IMG/VR virus record: IMGVR_UViG_3300035180_000319
Location: 1 to 39,413 of that record
Origin: a virus
Taxonomy: Duplodnaviria > Caudoviricetes
Length of the DNA: 39,413 nt
Reading direction: 5' to 3' (one strand)
A program made the translations under genes and the position numbers. This document shows, piece after piece, positions 24,501-32,991 of this stretch. Below the pieces are notes generated by a model that saw only the letters and a program-made list of their open reading frames with translations, did not search any database and was not told the origin of the DNA. The stretch's first letter is position 1. Every line of letters begins with the position of its first letter.

Positions 24501-26034
24501 TGTAGGGGATGCTACCACATCATGGGCTGAGGATCTGACAAAAGCCCAGCAGTACTTATTAAACGGTGCAGGCGGAGCGGATGCTTTTAATAGTAAGTTA
24601 CAGTTTATCACAGATAACTTTATGACAAGTGAGCAAAAATTAGCTCCAGTATCTGCAAGAGTTAGAAATGCTTTTGCTGATATGACACCTAAAACATCAG
24701 AAATAGGCTCAGTAGCAGGATTAGGAGCTCAACTACAATCTATGGGTCTAGCAGTACCTAACACTAGAGCTGAGTTTACTAACTTACTAACTACACTTAG
24801 TGATCCTAATAATGCTCTTGGTATTACTACAGAGAAAGGAGCAGATTTATTTAATGCATTATTAGATATTGCACCAGCCTTCGACGCTGTCGCGACGGCC
24901 CTAGAAGGAATAGCCAAAACAGTTGCTGATATTGTAACTCGTGGTCAAGATATGATCTTCAATATGAAGATGGATGTTGCAAACCCAGAGCAAAAATATT
25001 CTTTAGTAGATCAGAAAGCTAATGATTATAATAAAATCATGCATGATTCTACAAAAACGTTCTCTGAACAAGCAATTGCGGCCAATAGACTATTAGATAC
25101 AATAAATCAAGGCTGGGGACTGCTCAATGATGACCAAAAGAAAGAAGGACTAGCTCAGTATACTGCTAAAGTAACTGAGATCATGGCCTTTATGGAAAAA
25201 CAGGGTATGTCAGCTATGGTTGATATGACTCCTGATGGTATTGGTATCATTGGAGCTGTTAATTCCTCTAGGGATGCTATAGTATCTGCCATAAAGTCCA
25301 TAGACCCGAGTTATAACCCTAAAAATGATCCAACTTTAGCACACGCTACAGCAGATGTAATAGCTCAACATAGTATTGATAAAATCGCATCAAGTACACT
25401 AGACTTAGCAAAGATAGCAAAAAATACATCAGTTACACCGGAGGCTGAAAAGTTACCCGAGATAGTAAAATCAGTATCTGAACAAGATCTAGCAGGTATT
25501 GATAGTATAGCTACTAAAATGGGGGAAAAATTATCCACTAGTGTTAGTTCCGCAATTGCTACTAATCCACAAATCTCGGCAGCATTAAAAAATTCTACTG
25601 ATGTTGGTGCTAGAGCAGATGGTATGACATCAGAAAAACTACCAGCAGAGGTGGCAGGTATACTAGATCATATTAATACTTACTCATCTGCGACAATAGC
25701 TGACATTAACTCAATGGTGTCTATGTTTAGTGGTTTAGAAAAGGATATAGCTAAAGTACCTAGTAGCCCAGAGGTTGAGGCTTTCAAGCAAGATTTAGCA
25801 AGTAATAAGCAAGCACTAAAAGACCAGGAATCTACAATTGAAGCATCTAAAGCTGCAGCAACTGCTGCAGTAGCAAATTTAGCCGCAGGCACTGGAAGTT
25901 TAGCAAATGTTACTGCCGCACTACAAGGACTAATTAGTAGTTTAGCAGCAGTAGCTAAAGAGCCTGCAAATGTAAATGTCTCTGTAAGTGTATCAGCACC
26001 TGCGGGTTCTGAGGTAGGTACTGGAGTTCACTAA
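18544..26034 (+). CDS. Tape measure protein, 2,496 aa
   Basis: Long Ala-rich helical protein after the chaperones; N-terminal RDFAAQAQGLGGLVHVYATFAAN and KIEPELLDELGI resemble T5 pb2; internal hydrophobic segments. Confidence 0.9.
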   Translation: MSETVRVNIDVGDNGTTAKLNVEAAKLRSNYEGAQRAASNTKAFTSSAAARPASSALSQASEDSNLSRGVSGVTGAAGRDFAAQAQGLGGLVHVYATFAANLFAVTAAFEALSKAADVTNMVKGLDQLGAVSGQALGSMAKHITTLTDGAISLKDAMTATAQATSGGLSSEQINRLTTVAKNASQALGRDMPDALSRLTRGIVKIEPELLDELGIMAKVIPSQQAYAREVGKSVSALTDFEKRQAYAIAVITEGEKKFGAIQIDANPYSKLLASMTNLALAGAELANKVLGPIAKILAESPTALGAIMAGIAGMLLSKAIPALTQYKQVMLDSAIASGKLAKSQKDAAENFDIEGKLAAGEKAANKFRLASAAAAAEAQHILQTGGKNKLANIFNQDDFKVTESTLQSIDNEYNKVTERHMLAQAAYVKAVEEGDKKEAALAARRASNAAEQAKAISLARSKAVDSMIQSKEADNARERAADEVEKNFSRLSVGGALVKKAEDAEKAFSKMAVQANVAGNVKLGGLSYALKELKKDIEATTIELKNADGTTQSFSKVKLDPIEAGFARLKGVITAAGTAVAIVASSFQAVLVYIGIVVATFQILDSIFSSNEKQATNYSTAIDTLTESFDNIDRTLAAIENKKPLEQINAISIQASAMALKELSDSLINVTQSFKDLNKYSSGWDKAWDWIKGIFGKGSQDKLAEGMGKSVDKALLTISDPKRKEEATKSIQSLFGGEGVDISGTNIKKMMQSLSESDALAVAEKITEELKNISMESSNAASRQAEFTDAMKKGARAAADLSNSYIPTDKVSQVIIAQVESLGKLALASASSKGAVTALTEAVSSFSNLSAFPPEMATALLDHKNDIEKIGEQYATAKAEASLYTKTLTELIAKQKQLEERKSQLNSNGRSAAFIDMDSSLQAEENKLKAQIATMERAKSDANKNAQKAEEDMQEISSKFTPLISKSLLDAFNVVNKLVDQAGEKASINFSKAINDLIPGGGSVEEATRLAQEEISVQEKMLEIDRAMIIAMDTLGAKYALATAESDIKKYEGNKNSPEYKAALASRDAALGTKNLVGMSSAELKAFIDAKKDEKDQDQASLAIQKEAFQLYQKQVNLEVKSVELAGQHNVISLQGAINLLKQQESNIAADMEASKNRQVADLNSLDMLTSYSSLYNEVLEKEKLSLRLQINRTEETKAQLAYDSARQQLITLENAGASSSSIQQGRIRLSVLEQQLNTAKQIRILEDTKANQENDRARLASLKFIRDEDAKIADFQLSIENSNIDLDRKRLDSANSLYTLNQEMYNAELRALDIKAEKLRYNNELMKLENRKADVIDPKQQQLDRLDASIKAGTEEVGSQSPEFMAQQISEASILRTEISKLTDTYNADAEALSISNKNKLTSIGIDYKAKEEVRALNDLLAAQTGIVEGLSAVFGTLGTSIGNVVDAFFKMSNAQDKLDKGKAHDDEELRKKAAANEFKTKEEEIKAFEKVETKYRTDSIKNELTGYAKIAEGVKGLFSEKTAAYKVFNAFEVGLHVAKLGMDIAEITSAWAKASQENAATLSTIPVNAQGALTKALNNVFPYNLIAFAVVAAMLASIGSMSGGGGAAPAIPQEATAQYRQEQQGTGTVLGDSTAHSNSIAKGIDILSAHSFEMLDYTHGMLTALKSIDKGMSGLANALVKVGGITGVNGKSAFGTVESSSSSPGFLGIGASSSSTSITDTGIQLQGTVKQLSEMNGIIKQYETTVTQWTKSGFLGIGSSSGTSVNTQFKDIIDNGTKKQVSMIFSGMRESIVEGMKLLSFSSKDIADLLSRVDAINFVGDALSVSLKGLSGDDIKNALNGVFSAAFDKMVGTVAPWAVKFQKVGEGLGETFIRLASDARTLNMSLEAAGMGVNSFNIQFEKGHPKDTVKYASQAQLTELDSASTEHAALEAKVKKLKEGGLFSLRGIVDVTDDSVLTEYNSVLAKAQDDLAKSDARLAAAQKAVGDATTSWAEDLTKAQQYLLNGAGGADAFNSKLQFITDNFMTSEQKLAPVSARVRNAFADMTPKTSEIGSVAGLGAQLQSMGLAVPNTRAEFTNLLTTLSDPNNALGITTEKGADLFNALLDIAPAFDAVATALEGIAKTVADIVTRGQDMIFNMKMDVANPEQKYSLVDQKANDYNKIMHDSTKTFSEQAIAANRLLDTINQGWGLLNDDQKKEGLAQYTAKVTEIMAFMEKQGMSAMVDMTPDGIGIIGAVNSSRDAIVSAIKSIDPSYNPKNDPTLAHATADVIAQHSIDKIASSTLDLAKIAKNTSVTPEAEKLPEIVKSVSEQDLAGIDSIATKMGEKLSTSVSSAIATNPQISAALKNSTDVGARADGMTSEKLPAEVAGILDHINTYSSATIADINSMVSMFSGLEKDIAKVPSSPEVEAFKQDLASNKQALKDQESTIEASKAAATAAVANLAAGTGSLANVTAALQGLISSLAAVAKEPANVNVSVSVSAPAGSEVGTGVH

Positions 26035-26585
26035 TGAAAACACTAACAACTGCATATTCATCTGTAGTTACTGCAACAAAAACTCTACCAGGATATTTAG
26101 TAGAGATTATAATGCCTACTACCTATTTAAGATTTTCCTCAATAGGTGATGTTACCTGGAAAGGAAATTATTTTATAGGTAGTAGTATAAAGGTTTCTGG
26201 AATTTCTTCAAATCCTGGTGGAAATTCCACCGGAAACCTTTCTCTTAGCCCAGATCCCTCAGACCCAAATATACTAGTAGGGTACGCTCTCAACTCTAAT
26301 GAGGGATTTATGGGTAGAGAGATTAGGATTTGGTCATTTGATAGTACTCTAGTAGGTAGTACTACTACTGGAGTACTAGAAACGGCTGATGCCATACCTA
26401 TATTTTCAGGAATAGGGGATAATGTAAGTATAGATAAGCTAGAAATTAATATTAGCCTATCATCTAGTAGTATTACATATCTATATGCCCCTAGAGTTAA
26501 GATATGTAAAGCAAGTGGTTTCAATTTTATTCAACCTAAAGGTCTACGTATTCCTTGGGGTAACGAAGTATTTGTATTGGAGTAA
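26034..26585 (+). CDS. Minor tail / tail-tip protein
   Basis: Coupled to the tape measure stop; beta-rich; position. Confidence 0.55.
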   Translation: MKTLTTAYSSVVTATKTLPGYLVEIIMPTTYLRFSSIGDVTWKGNYFIGSSIKVSGISSNPGGNSTGNLSLSPDPSDPNILVGYALNSNEGFMGREIRIWSFDSTLVGSTTTGVLETADAIPIFSGIGDNVSIDKLEINISLSSSSITYLYAPRVKICKASGFNFIQPKGLRIPWGNEVFVLE

Positions 26586-26588
26586 TCA

Positions 26589-26915
26589 ATGGCAGTCTAC
26601 CCAACATTTGGACAGGATATTAGTTCAACAGAAACACTACTAGATGATATTCAAGTAGACCGTGCCTCTAATGGGCGCATACGTTTACGTGGGTTTTATG
26701 CCTCATCAGTAAAAGAGTATACAGTAGTACATACATTAACAACAACTGATAAGGATATACTGGAAACTTTCTATAATACGAATAGAAATACTAGTTTTAC
26801 TTTTACTTGGGTACCTGATAATAGTTCTCATACTTGTATGTTTAGTGGAGCACCTGCATATACTATAATTGGCCCAGGTTTCTGGACTGTTACTACTAAA
26901 TTGGTGGTGGTATAA
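26589..26915 (+). CDS. Distal tail protein (lambda gpM-like)
   Basis: 108 aa with LETFY..N...SFTFTW and WTVT..L pattern; precedes the J-like gene. Confidence 0.55.
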   Translation: MAVYPTFGQDISSTETLLDDIQVDRASNGRIRLRGFYASSVKEYTVVHTLTTTDKDILETFYNTNRNTSFTFTWVPDNSSHTCMFSGAPAYTIIGPGFWTVTTKLVVV

Positions 26916-26916
26916 T

Positions 26917-29514
26917 ATGTTATATTTACCAAGCGTAAGTTGGGCTACAACAAATAAAGATGTACCATCAAAAGATACAGTAAATTCTACTGCTACAGAT
27001 CCTAATGATACTCAATTAACAGTAGCTGCTGCAAATGCACCTATTCCTATTATATATGGCACTGTACGATTAGGTCCTAAAATTGCATATGTAGCTCCAA
27101 AGGATTCAAGTCTAGTAATACTTGCGGTATGGGGGCATGGAGAAACAGACAGTAGTATAGCACCCACGTTCACTGTAGATGATAAACCTTTACCAGCAGG
27201 TATAAGTATATCACACTATTATGGAACTCAAACACAATCAGTTGATACTAATATGGCATCAGCTTTAGCTGGGTATACAGATACACTACCTGGTATAACT
27301 TATTCAGTTATAACTGTACCCTCTGGCACAAGTGCTGGATTTCCAAGAATCAATGCACTAATTAGAGGGCAAAAGGTATATGATCCTAGACTAGATAGTA
27401 CAAATGGAGGCAGTGGGCCTCAAAGAGCTAATACTCCTAGTACTTGGGCCTATTCAGATAATCCAGCACTCTGTTTAGCTGATTTTATAACTAATAGTAC
27501 CTATGGGGTGGGACTTCAAGTAGATTGGGCAAGTGTAATACTTACTGCTAATTTTAATGATACTATGGTTGGAACCCCAGCGGAAAAATCTAGAACGTTA
27601 AATTTAGCTATAGAATCCCCACAAACGTGTGAAGCTTGGTTAGAAACCCTTAGACTATATGCTAGTTGCTGGTTAGTACGTTCTGGAGATGTTATTAAAC
27701 TAGTACCGGATATGCCAGGCTCTTCAGTATATACTTTTGATCATGATAGTGGCAATATTAAAGATATACTTAATATCAAAAAACGTGGTATACTAAATAC
27801 TCCTAACGTAATGATAATAAATTATACTGATACTACTACTATACCGTATAAAAGCAATGATGTAACTATAGATAATAGTGGATTAGCAGGCAGAAAAGAA
27901 AGTTCAATAAGTCTACCTGGTATCAATAGGTATTCACAGGGGTATAGAGAAGCAGTTGAACGGTATAATAAGCTTACTCTAAATGATCTGACTTTCGATC
28001 TTGATGTCTTTGATGTAGGTATTCAATTTGAGATAGGTGATATAGTTGGAGTTAAGCATCCAATTGGTATTGCAGATCAGTCTGGTAATGCTAAATTAAT
28101 GCGCATAATGGGCATTAACTCTAATAGTGCAGGTAGATATACCTTAAATTTAACTGAGTATGATCCGGCTGTTTATTCTAATATAGTTAATCCAGAACCT
28201 ACTTGGGATGATACTTCTTTTATAGACCCTACTAATCCTCCCGCAGTAACTGGACTTACTGCGGTAGAAGAGGTATATCAACTAGAGAATGGTACTTGGG
28301 CTAGTCGTATAAAGGCAACTTGGGCATCAGCAATAAATTATCCCTATTTATCAACTTATTTAGTAGAGTTAACTCAAGCAGGCGAGTTAATAGATACAAA
28401 AAGAATTAGAGAACAAACCTATAGATCTGCTACACTTAAAGAGGGTCTTGAATACGTCATTAAAGTAGCTATTATTAGTAGTATTGGTAGTATTGGTACT
28501 TGGGCTCAGTATAATGTAATTGCCAAAGGTAAATACTTAATACCTAGTAATGTACCTAGTGTATCTGCATTTGAAGCCGGTGGTACTGTATATATCTCAT
28601 GGACACCGGCAATTGACATAGACATCTGGCGGTACGAGGTACGCTATGGAGCTATCGGAGTAGCTTGGGAATCAACATTGCTTATTGATCGCGTCGATGC
28701 CTTGCGCCTTACGTCAGATCAGATACCTGTTGGCACGTGGACGATCCACGTCAAAGCAGTGGATTCGGTGGGGCAGTACAGCACAACAGCAGCTACCGCA
28801 AATGTTACCGTCACTAGCGATGCAGCAGCATTTCTAGTTGCCAGTTATGATCATACCAATCCGACATTAACTAATATGGCTAGTTACACTATTAACCCAA
28901 CAGACACAAATAGTTACGCAGTAACGGAAGATGGAGTGATGGCATCCACCAAGTTTCCAAATACGGCAAGTAGCTATGGAAATATTGCAGCTACTTACCA
29001 TAATAGTGTGACAAGCACATGGCTTGGTGAAGCAGAGGACTTCGGCTTGGTGCTTAGTGGACAGTGGACTGGAACGGCTACGGTAGCTGATATTTCTGGA
29101 TCGCATATTAGTTATCTTGGAAACTCACTTGACAACTCGACATGGAATTATCCAGCTGGGCTAAGCCAGAAACTCAATGCCAGATTCGCCAAGATGAAGC
29201 ATGAGTCTCTGACCACCAGCACCCTAAAAGTCACAATACCAACTCAGAATATCCGAGTAGATGCCGTCCCGCGCGAAGAAGTAGGCACAGGCACTAGTAG
29301 CTCATCTGGCCCGGTAACTATCACACTAGCGAATCAATACGTGGCGGTGAAAAAAATTACTATAACCCCACAGGGAACAACTGCAAGATCATCTACCTAT
29401 GATAACATTATCATCGGCGGGAGCGCAGGAGCAACAACTTTTGACGTTTACGTCTTTGACCAATCCGGGGCAAAAATAGCCTCACCGTTCCGCTATGAAT
29501 GGCAGGGAGTATAA
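26917..29514 (+). CDS. Central tail tip / host-specificity protein (lambda gpJ-like, FN3 repeats)
   Basis: PIPIIYG, RG.KVYDPR, AYSDNPALCLADF, EIGDIV.V.H, EYDPAVY, PP.VTGL FN3 motifs; start moved to ATG 26917. Confidence 0.85.
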   Translation: MLYLPSVSWATTNKDVPSKDTVNSTATDPNDTQLTVAAANAPIPIIYGTVRLGPKIAYVAPKDSSLVILAVWGHGETDSSIAPTFTVDDKPLPAGISISHYYGTQTQSVDTNMASALAGYTDTLPGITYSVITVPSGTSAGFPRINALIRGQKVYDPRLDSTNGGSGPQRANTPSTWAYSDNPALCLADFITNSTYGVGLQVDWASVILTANFNDTMVGTPAEKSRTLNLAIESPQTCEAWLETLRLYASCWLVRSGDVIKLVPDMPGSSVYTFDHDSGNIKDILNIKKRGILNTPNVMIINYTDTTTIPYKSNDVTIDNSGLAGRKESSISLPGINRYSQGYREAVERYNKLTLNDLTFDLDVFDVGIQFEIGDIVGVKHPIGIADQSGNAKLMRIMGINSNSAGRYTLNLTEYDPAVYSNIVNPEPTWDDTSFIDPTNPPAVTGLTAVEEVYQLENGTWASRIKATWASAINYPYLSTYLVELTQAGELIDTKRIREQTYRSATLKEGLEYVIKVAIISSIGSIGTWAQYNVIAKGKYLIPSNVPSVSAFEAGGTVYISWTPAIDIDIWRYEVRYGAIGVAWESTLLIDRVDALRLTSDQIPVGTWTIHVKAVDSVGQYSTTAATANVTVTSDAAAFLVASYDHTNPTLTNMASYTINPTDTNSYAVTEDGVMASTKFPNTASSYGNIAATYHNSVTSTWLGEAEDFGLVLSGQWTGTATVADISGSHISYLGNSLDNSTWNYPAGLSQKLNARFAKMKHESLTTSTLKVTIPTQNIRVDAVPREEVGTGTSSSSGPVTITLANQYVAVKKITITPQGTTARSSTYDNIIIGGSAGATTFDVYVFDQSGAKIASPFRYEWQGV

Positions 29515-29883
29515 ATGGCATACACACTTTTCGATCCAACTACCCCAGATGCGACAACCCAGACGCTCACGCAGATGGGGCAATCCGAGAGGAATAATCT
29601 CAAGGCAGTACGTGACGCCTGCATCATGGGTGGGGGGTTTTATGGATTCAACCTTGCCGTATCTGGCGGCACGGCTGACCAGCCTGCACTGCTCACCTAT
29701 ACAAAAGGCACTGAGAAGATCAAGGCCGCGCTGACGTGGGGCACAACAGGAGGTGAAGCCGGGAGTGTAACTGTGGCAGTTTATAGTTACTCGTCGGATT
29801 CCGGCAACACGTGGGCAACGATTGGCACAAAGACAATCACCTATGATGCTAACGCAAACGTAACAGCAACAACTTGGAGTTAA
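29515..29883 (+). CDS. Putative tail-tip accessory protein
   Basis: 122 aa, Thr/Gly-rich, coupled to the J-like gene. Confidence 0.6.
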   Translation: MAYTLFDPTTPDATTQTLTQMGQSERNNLKAVRDACIMGGGFYGFNLAVSGGTADQPALLTYTKGTEKIKAALTWGTTGGEAGSVTVAVYSYSSDSGNTWATIGTKTITYDANANVTATTWS

Positions 29884-29886
29884 TAA

Positions 29887-30324
29887 ATGATTGATTTTCT
29901 ATTAGGCGTACCCGGCAAACTCGCCACCATCATCGGATGGTTTACTAACTACTGGACGGCGGCGCGGGCAGCGAAGATTGATTATCTTGATGCCACTATC
30001 AGTAGTCGCGCACCAGCATCAACAGCAGTCAGTAATGCAAATTACACTGCTGGAAGGGCCGCTTTGCTGGATGGAATTATCCAGAATAGTGTAATAAATT
30101 CGATTCAAACAGGCACAACCATTGTTAAGACGGCAGCCGGCATTGGCTATACTGTTGACTTGACCATATCGGCTGTAAATGTCAGCAAGTGTTTTGTCTT
30201 TGTCCAAGGACAATCAAGTCAGGCATGGGGATATATGTCGAGCACAACAAACTTGCACATAGAAAGTATAACTGCTGTTAATACCACAGGTGGATTGCGC
30301 TGGTGGGTAGTGGAGTTTAAATAA
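29887..30324 (+). CDS. Putative short tail fibre / receptor-binding subunit
   Basis: AAKIDYLDATISSRA repeat-like stalk; C-terminal INSIQTG..ISAVN.SK..W.VVEF beta domain. Confidence 0.55.
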   Translation: MIDFLLGVPGKLATIIGWFTNYWTAARAAKIDYLDATISSRAPASTAVSNANYTAGRAALLDGIIQNSVINSIQTGTTIVKTAAGIGYTVDLTISAVNVSKCFVFVQGQSSQAWGYMSSTTNLHIESITAVNTTGGLRWWVVEFK

Positions 30325-30420
30325 ATGACTAAGTATCAAATTATCCAATCAGGCGGCATATTTGATTTTGAAACCAGTACACTTATCCAACTAGATCATA
30401 CTACATTGGAGTTCAAATAA
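30325..30420 (+). pseudogene. 31-aa remnant resembling the N-terminus of the next gene
   Basis: MTKYQIIQSGGIFDFETSTLI versus MGPYQLLDEGVFDLSSKTII; bounded by repeated TGGAGTT(T/C)AAATAA. Confidence 0.5.
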
Positions 30421-30986
30421 TGGGGCCATATCAATTATTAGATGAAGGTGTATTCGACCTATCATCAAAAACTATAATAAAAAGAGGCCAGCCAGGATGG
30501 TCAGATTACCAGACCTGGCTGACTCAAGGAGGAGTCCTTCTACCGAAGGACTCCCTTGGTCAGCTAGATCTAGTAACTGCTAAAGCCAATAGGACTGCTG
30601 AGATTGATTCATACGCTGCATCACTAAGAAATAAAATCATTGCTGGGCGTAGTGCGGGGGAAATGGCTGCTTGGACAATTAAACTATTCGATGCAATGGC
30701 AGTACTAGCTGCTCAACCTAGCCCATTTACTCCAATCTTAGCAACTCTGCGAACTACTTTAGGTTTACCAGTAACACCTAATAGTTATAATCATGCTATT
30801 GCCATGATTAGAGGTATTACAGAAACTGAACATGCTACCAAAGTTGTAACTCAAGCAGTGCCATTCCTAGCAGCCGAAGCCGCAATTGATGGTACTAGAG
30901 GTAAGCACAATGATGCAATTAATGCAATGTTAACAGTACCAGAAATAATTACTTATGATTGGTCTGTAGGATGGCCAGCTTTATGA
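30420..30986 (+). CDS. Tail fibre assembly/chaperone-like protein
   Basis: W.DYQ.WL..GG N-terminal motif, helical body, YDWS.GWP C-terminus. Confidence 0.55.
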   Translation: MGPYQLLDEGVFDLSSKTIIKRGQPGWSDYQTWLTQGGVLLPKDSLGQLDLVTAKANRTAEIDSYAASLRNKIIAGRSAGEMAAWTIKLFDAMAVLAAQPSPFTPILATLRTTLGLPVTPNSYNHAIAMIRGITETEHATKVVTQAVPFLAAEAAIDGTRGKHNDAINAMLTVPEIITYDWSVGWPAL

Positions 30987-31474
30987 AATATATAGAGTAT
31001 AGATCTAAAATTAAATCAGGTGACTTGCTAGCTTGGAGTCATAGATCTTGGAAAACTTGGTACGATATTAAAATACAACTAGTACGTATCTTTACTCAAT
31101 CCGAGTATAGCCACGTAGGAGTTGCATGGGTATATCAAGATAGAGTATTTGTTATTGAGTCTGTTACCCCATTTGTACGCATTGTACCACTTAGTAATTT
31201 ACTACCATGCTATGTTATTAGCATGAACTTAGCATGGAGTAAAGAAACAGAAAACTTAGCTGTGGGGATGGTGGGCAAAGCCGGGTATTCACAGTTAGAA
31301 GCAATAAAAGCTTATTTTGGTAAAAATAAAGACCCTAATGCTTGGGAGTGCGCTGAGTTTGTACAAAAAATATACCATTCAGAAAATATTAATCTAGATT
31401 GTAGAGATGTACCAGCTGATCTAGTATTAGCAGCCCAGAAAAGGTTTGGTCCCACTGTATACTTAGAGGAATAG
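30983..31474 (+). CDS. Permuted papain-like NlpC/P60 (YiiX/YaeF-type) amidase
   Basis: KSGDLL, SEYSHVG (His first), CAEFV (Cys later); start moved to ATG 30983. Confidence 0.75.
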   Translation: MKYIEYRSKIKSGDLLAWSHRSWKTWYDIKIQLVRIFTQSEYSHVGVAWVYQDRVFVIESVTPFVRIVPLSNLLPCYVISMNLAWSKETENLAVGMVGKAGYSQLEAIKAYFGKNKDPNAWECAEFVQKIYHSENINLDCRDVPADLVLAAQKRFGPTVYLEE

Positions 31475-31475
31475 C

Positions 31476-31958
31476 ATGATAGAGCGAAGAAAACATAATC
31501 GTATGTTAAAAGTAGTTAAGTATAGGTGGAATCAGTTACTTTGGCATACAGATTTAATGGCAGTAAGATTTATACTTGCTATAGGAGCCATTTCCTGGGG
31601 CTTAGCAATGTTATGTAACCCTAACACATTGGTAATATCTAATATGTTAGTAATAATGCCATCATTTGCTTGGGCTATATTATGGATATTACAGGGGTCT
31701 ATCATGCTCTGGTCATTAATCTGGGATAAAAGGCCCAGATTAACGCTATGGGTAGATGCAGTATTAGGTACACTATTATGGTCTGTATCTACTATAGCCT
31801 GCTTACTATATCAATACCCAGAAGTAGTAACACTAGAAACAATTATGGAGTACTATAGAGTACCTCCTAGTCTTGTACCTAATATAGGACTAGCTTTAGC
31901 GTCCTGGTGGGTATTAGTTAGGCACTATACGAAAGGAGATACTGATGCCAACTTTTGA
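31476..31958 (+). CDS. Multi-pass membrane protein, possible holin
   Basis: Four hydrophobic segments, basic N-terminus, near the end of the tail operon. Confidence 0.5.
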   Translation: MIERRKHNRMLKVVKYRWNQLLWHTDLMAVRFILAIGAISWGLAMLCNPNTLVISNMLVIMPSFAWAILWILQGSIMLWSLIWDKRPRLTLWVDAVLGTLLWSVSTIACLLYQYPEVVTLETIMEYYRVPPSLVPNIGLALASWWVLVRHYTKGDTDANF

Positions 31959-32331
31959 AACCCTTATAAGTTCAGGTGTATTAGCAGGAGGCGGAGGAGG
32001 CATATTAGTAATAATAGCCTTGTTCATTAGGAGACTTGTGTCTGATACAACTAAAAGCACTGCAAAAAGTAGTGCTGAGGTAGATATTTTAGCCATGTGG
32101 AAAATGGAGAGAGATACTCTTAAGAAGTTGACTGAAGAACTACAGGCTGAAAGACTAAGTTTAATAAGTAAGCTTTCCGCTATGGAAGGGCAATTAAAAG
32201 CTGTGCAAGCACAACTACAAACTCTTATAGAAGATAAAAAGGGCTTAATGATTGAGGTAGAAGAGTATAACAAAAAATGTTTTGAGTGCAAATATAGAAC
32301 AGGGCAACAAGAAATTTCATCCTTGACATAA
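31945..32331 (+). CDS. Membrane-anchored coiled-coil protein (holin/antiholin/spanin-like)
   Basis: Single N-terminal TM segment, then heptad repeats and a CxxC tail. Confidence 0.45.
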   Translation: MPTFETLISSGVLAGGGGGILVIIALFIRRLVSDTTKSTAKSSAEVDILAMWKMERDTLKKLTEELQAERLSLISKLSAMEGQLKAVQAQLQTLIEDKKGLMIEVEEYNKKCFECKYRTGQQEISSLT

Positions 32332-32351
32332 GGTTGGCCCCATGGTATAAT
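32323..32351 (+). promoter_or_regulatory. Late promoter for the second tail-appendage operon
   Basis: AAATTTCATCC-TTGACA-17 bp-TATAAT with extended -10 TG. Confidence 0.85.
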
Positions 32352-32394
32352 AGGGGTATAATTTTAAAAGATTTAAAATAAAAGGATACTTCCT

Positions 32395-32991
32395 ATGGCT
32401 GCACCAGCAAAGATTAACTTCTCTATGTACCAGGGTAGTACCTTTAATGAGGTACTACGCTGGGAATCAAGCAGAAAGATATATAAACCTATTACTAATA
32501 TCACCCAGGCCGCGCCATGTGTAGTAACCGCTACTGCACATGATATTCCTGACGGATGGCGTGTGAAGATTACTAATGTAGGCGGAATGAAAGAAATTAA
32601 TTCCACTGATGTATATCATGTTATCACTAGATTAACAGATGATGATATAGAACTAAATGCTATTAATTCTATATCATATACTCCATATACTTCAGGAGGT
32701 ATTGTAGAGTATAATGAGCCCGTGCCTTTAACCGGGTATACTGCTAGAATGCAGTTACGTACTAAGATAGATGATGTAACTCCTATTGATGAATATACCA
32801 CAGTTAATGGCAAACTAATTATATCTTATACTCCTGGCAAGGTAGCAACTATCCAAATTCTAGTGCCAGCAACGGATACTGCACTATATACTTTTAAAAC
32901 AGCAGTATATAGTTTAGAATTAATTAATGATACTACGGTAGTACCATTTGCTAATGGTACAATTACTCTAGTAAAAGAAGTTACACGCTAG
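32395..32991 (+). CDS. Fibre-attachment (collar/BppU-like) protein with inserted FCCH-like beta domain
   Basis: YQGSTF....W and P.PLTGYTARMQLR..AVYSLEL..G.ITL..EVTR frame an ITNITQAAPCVVT..H...G..V.IT.VGGM..IN..YTSGG insert. Confidence 0.6.
   Translation: MAAPAKINFSMYQGSTFNEVLRWESSRKIYKPITNITQAAPCVVTATAHDIPDGWRVKITNVGGMKEINSTDVYHVITRLTDDDIELNAINSISYTPYTSGGIVEYNEPVPLTGYTARMQLRTKIDDVTPIDEYTTVNGKLIISYTPGKVATIQILVPATDTALYTFKTAVYSLELINDTTVVPFANGTITLVKEVTR

Noticed and set aside
10973-26524. Numerous minus-strand ORFs inside portal, capsid, neck, tape measure and tail-tip genes
   Set aside because: Antisense shadows of well-supported genes, lacking promoters, RBS and motifs
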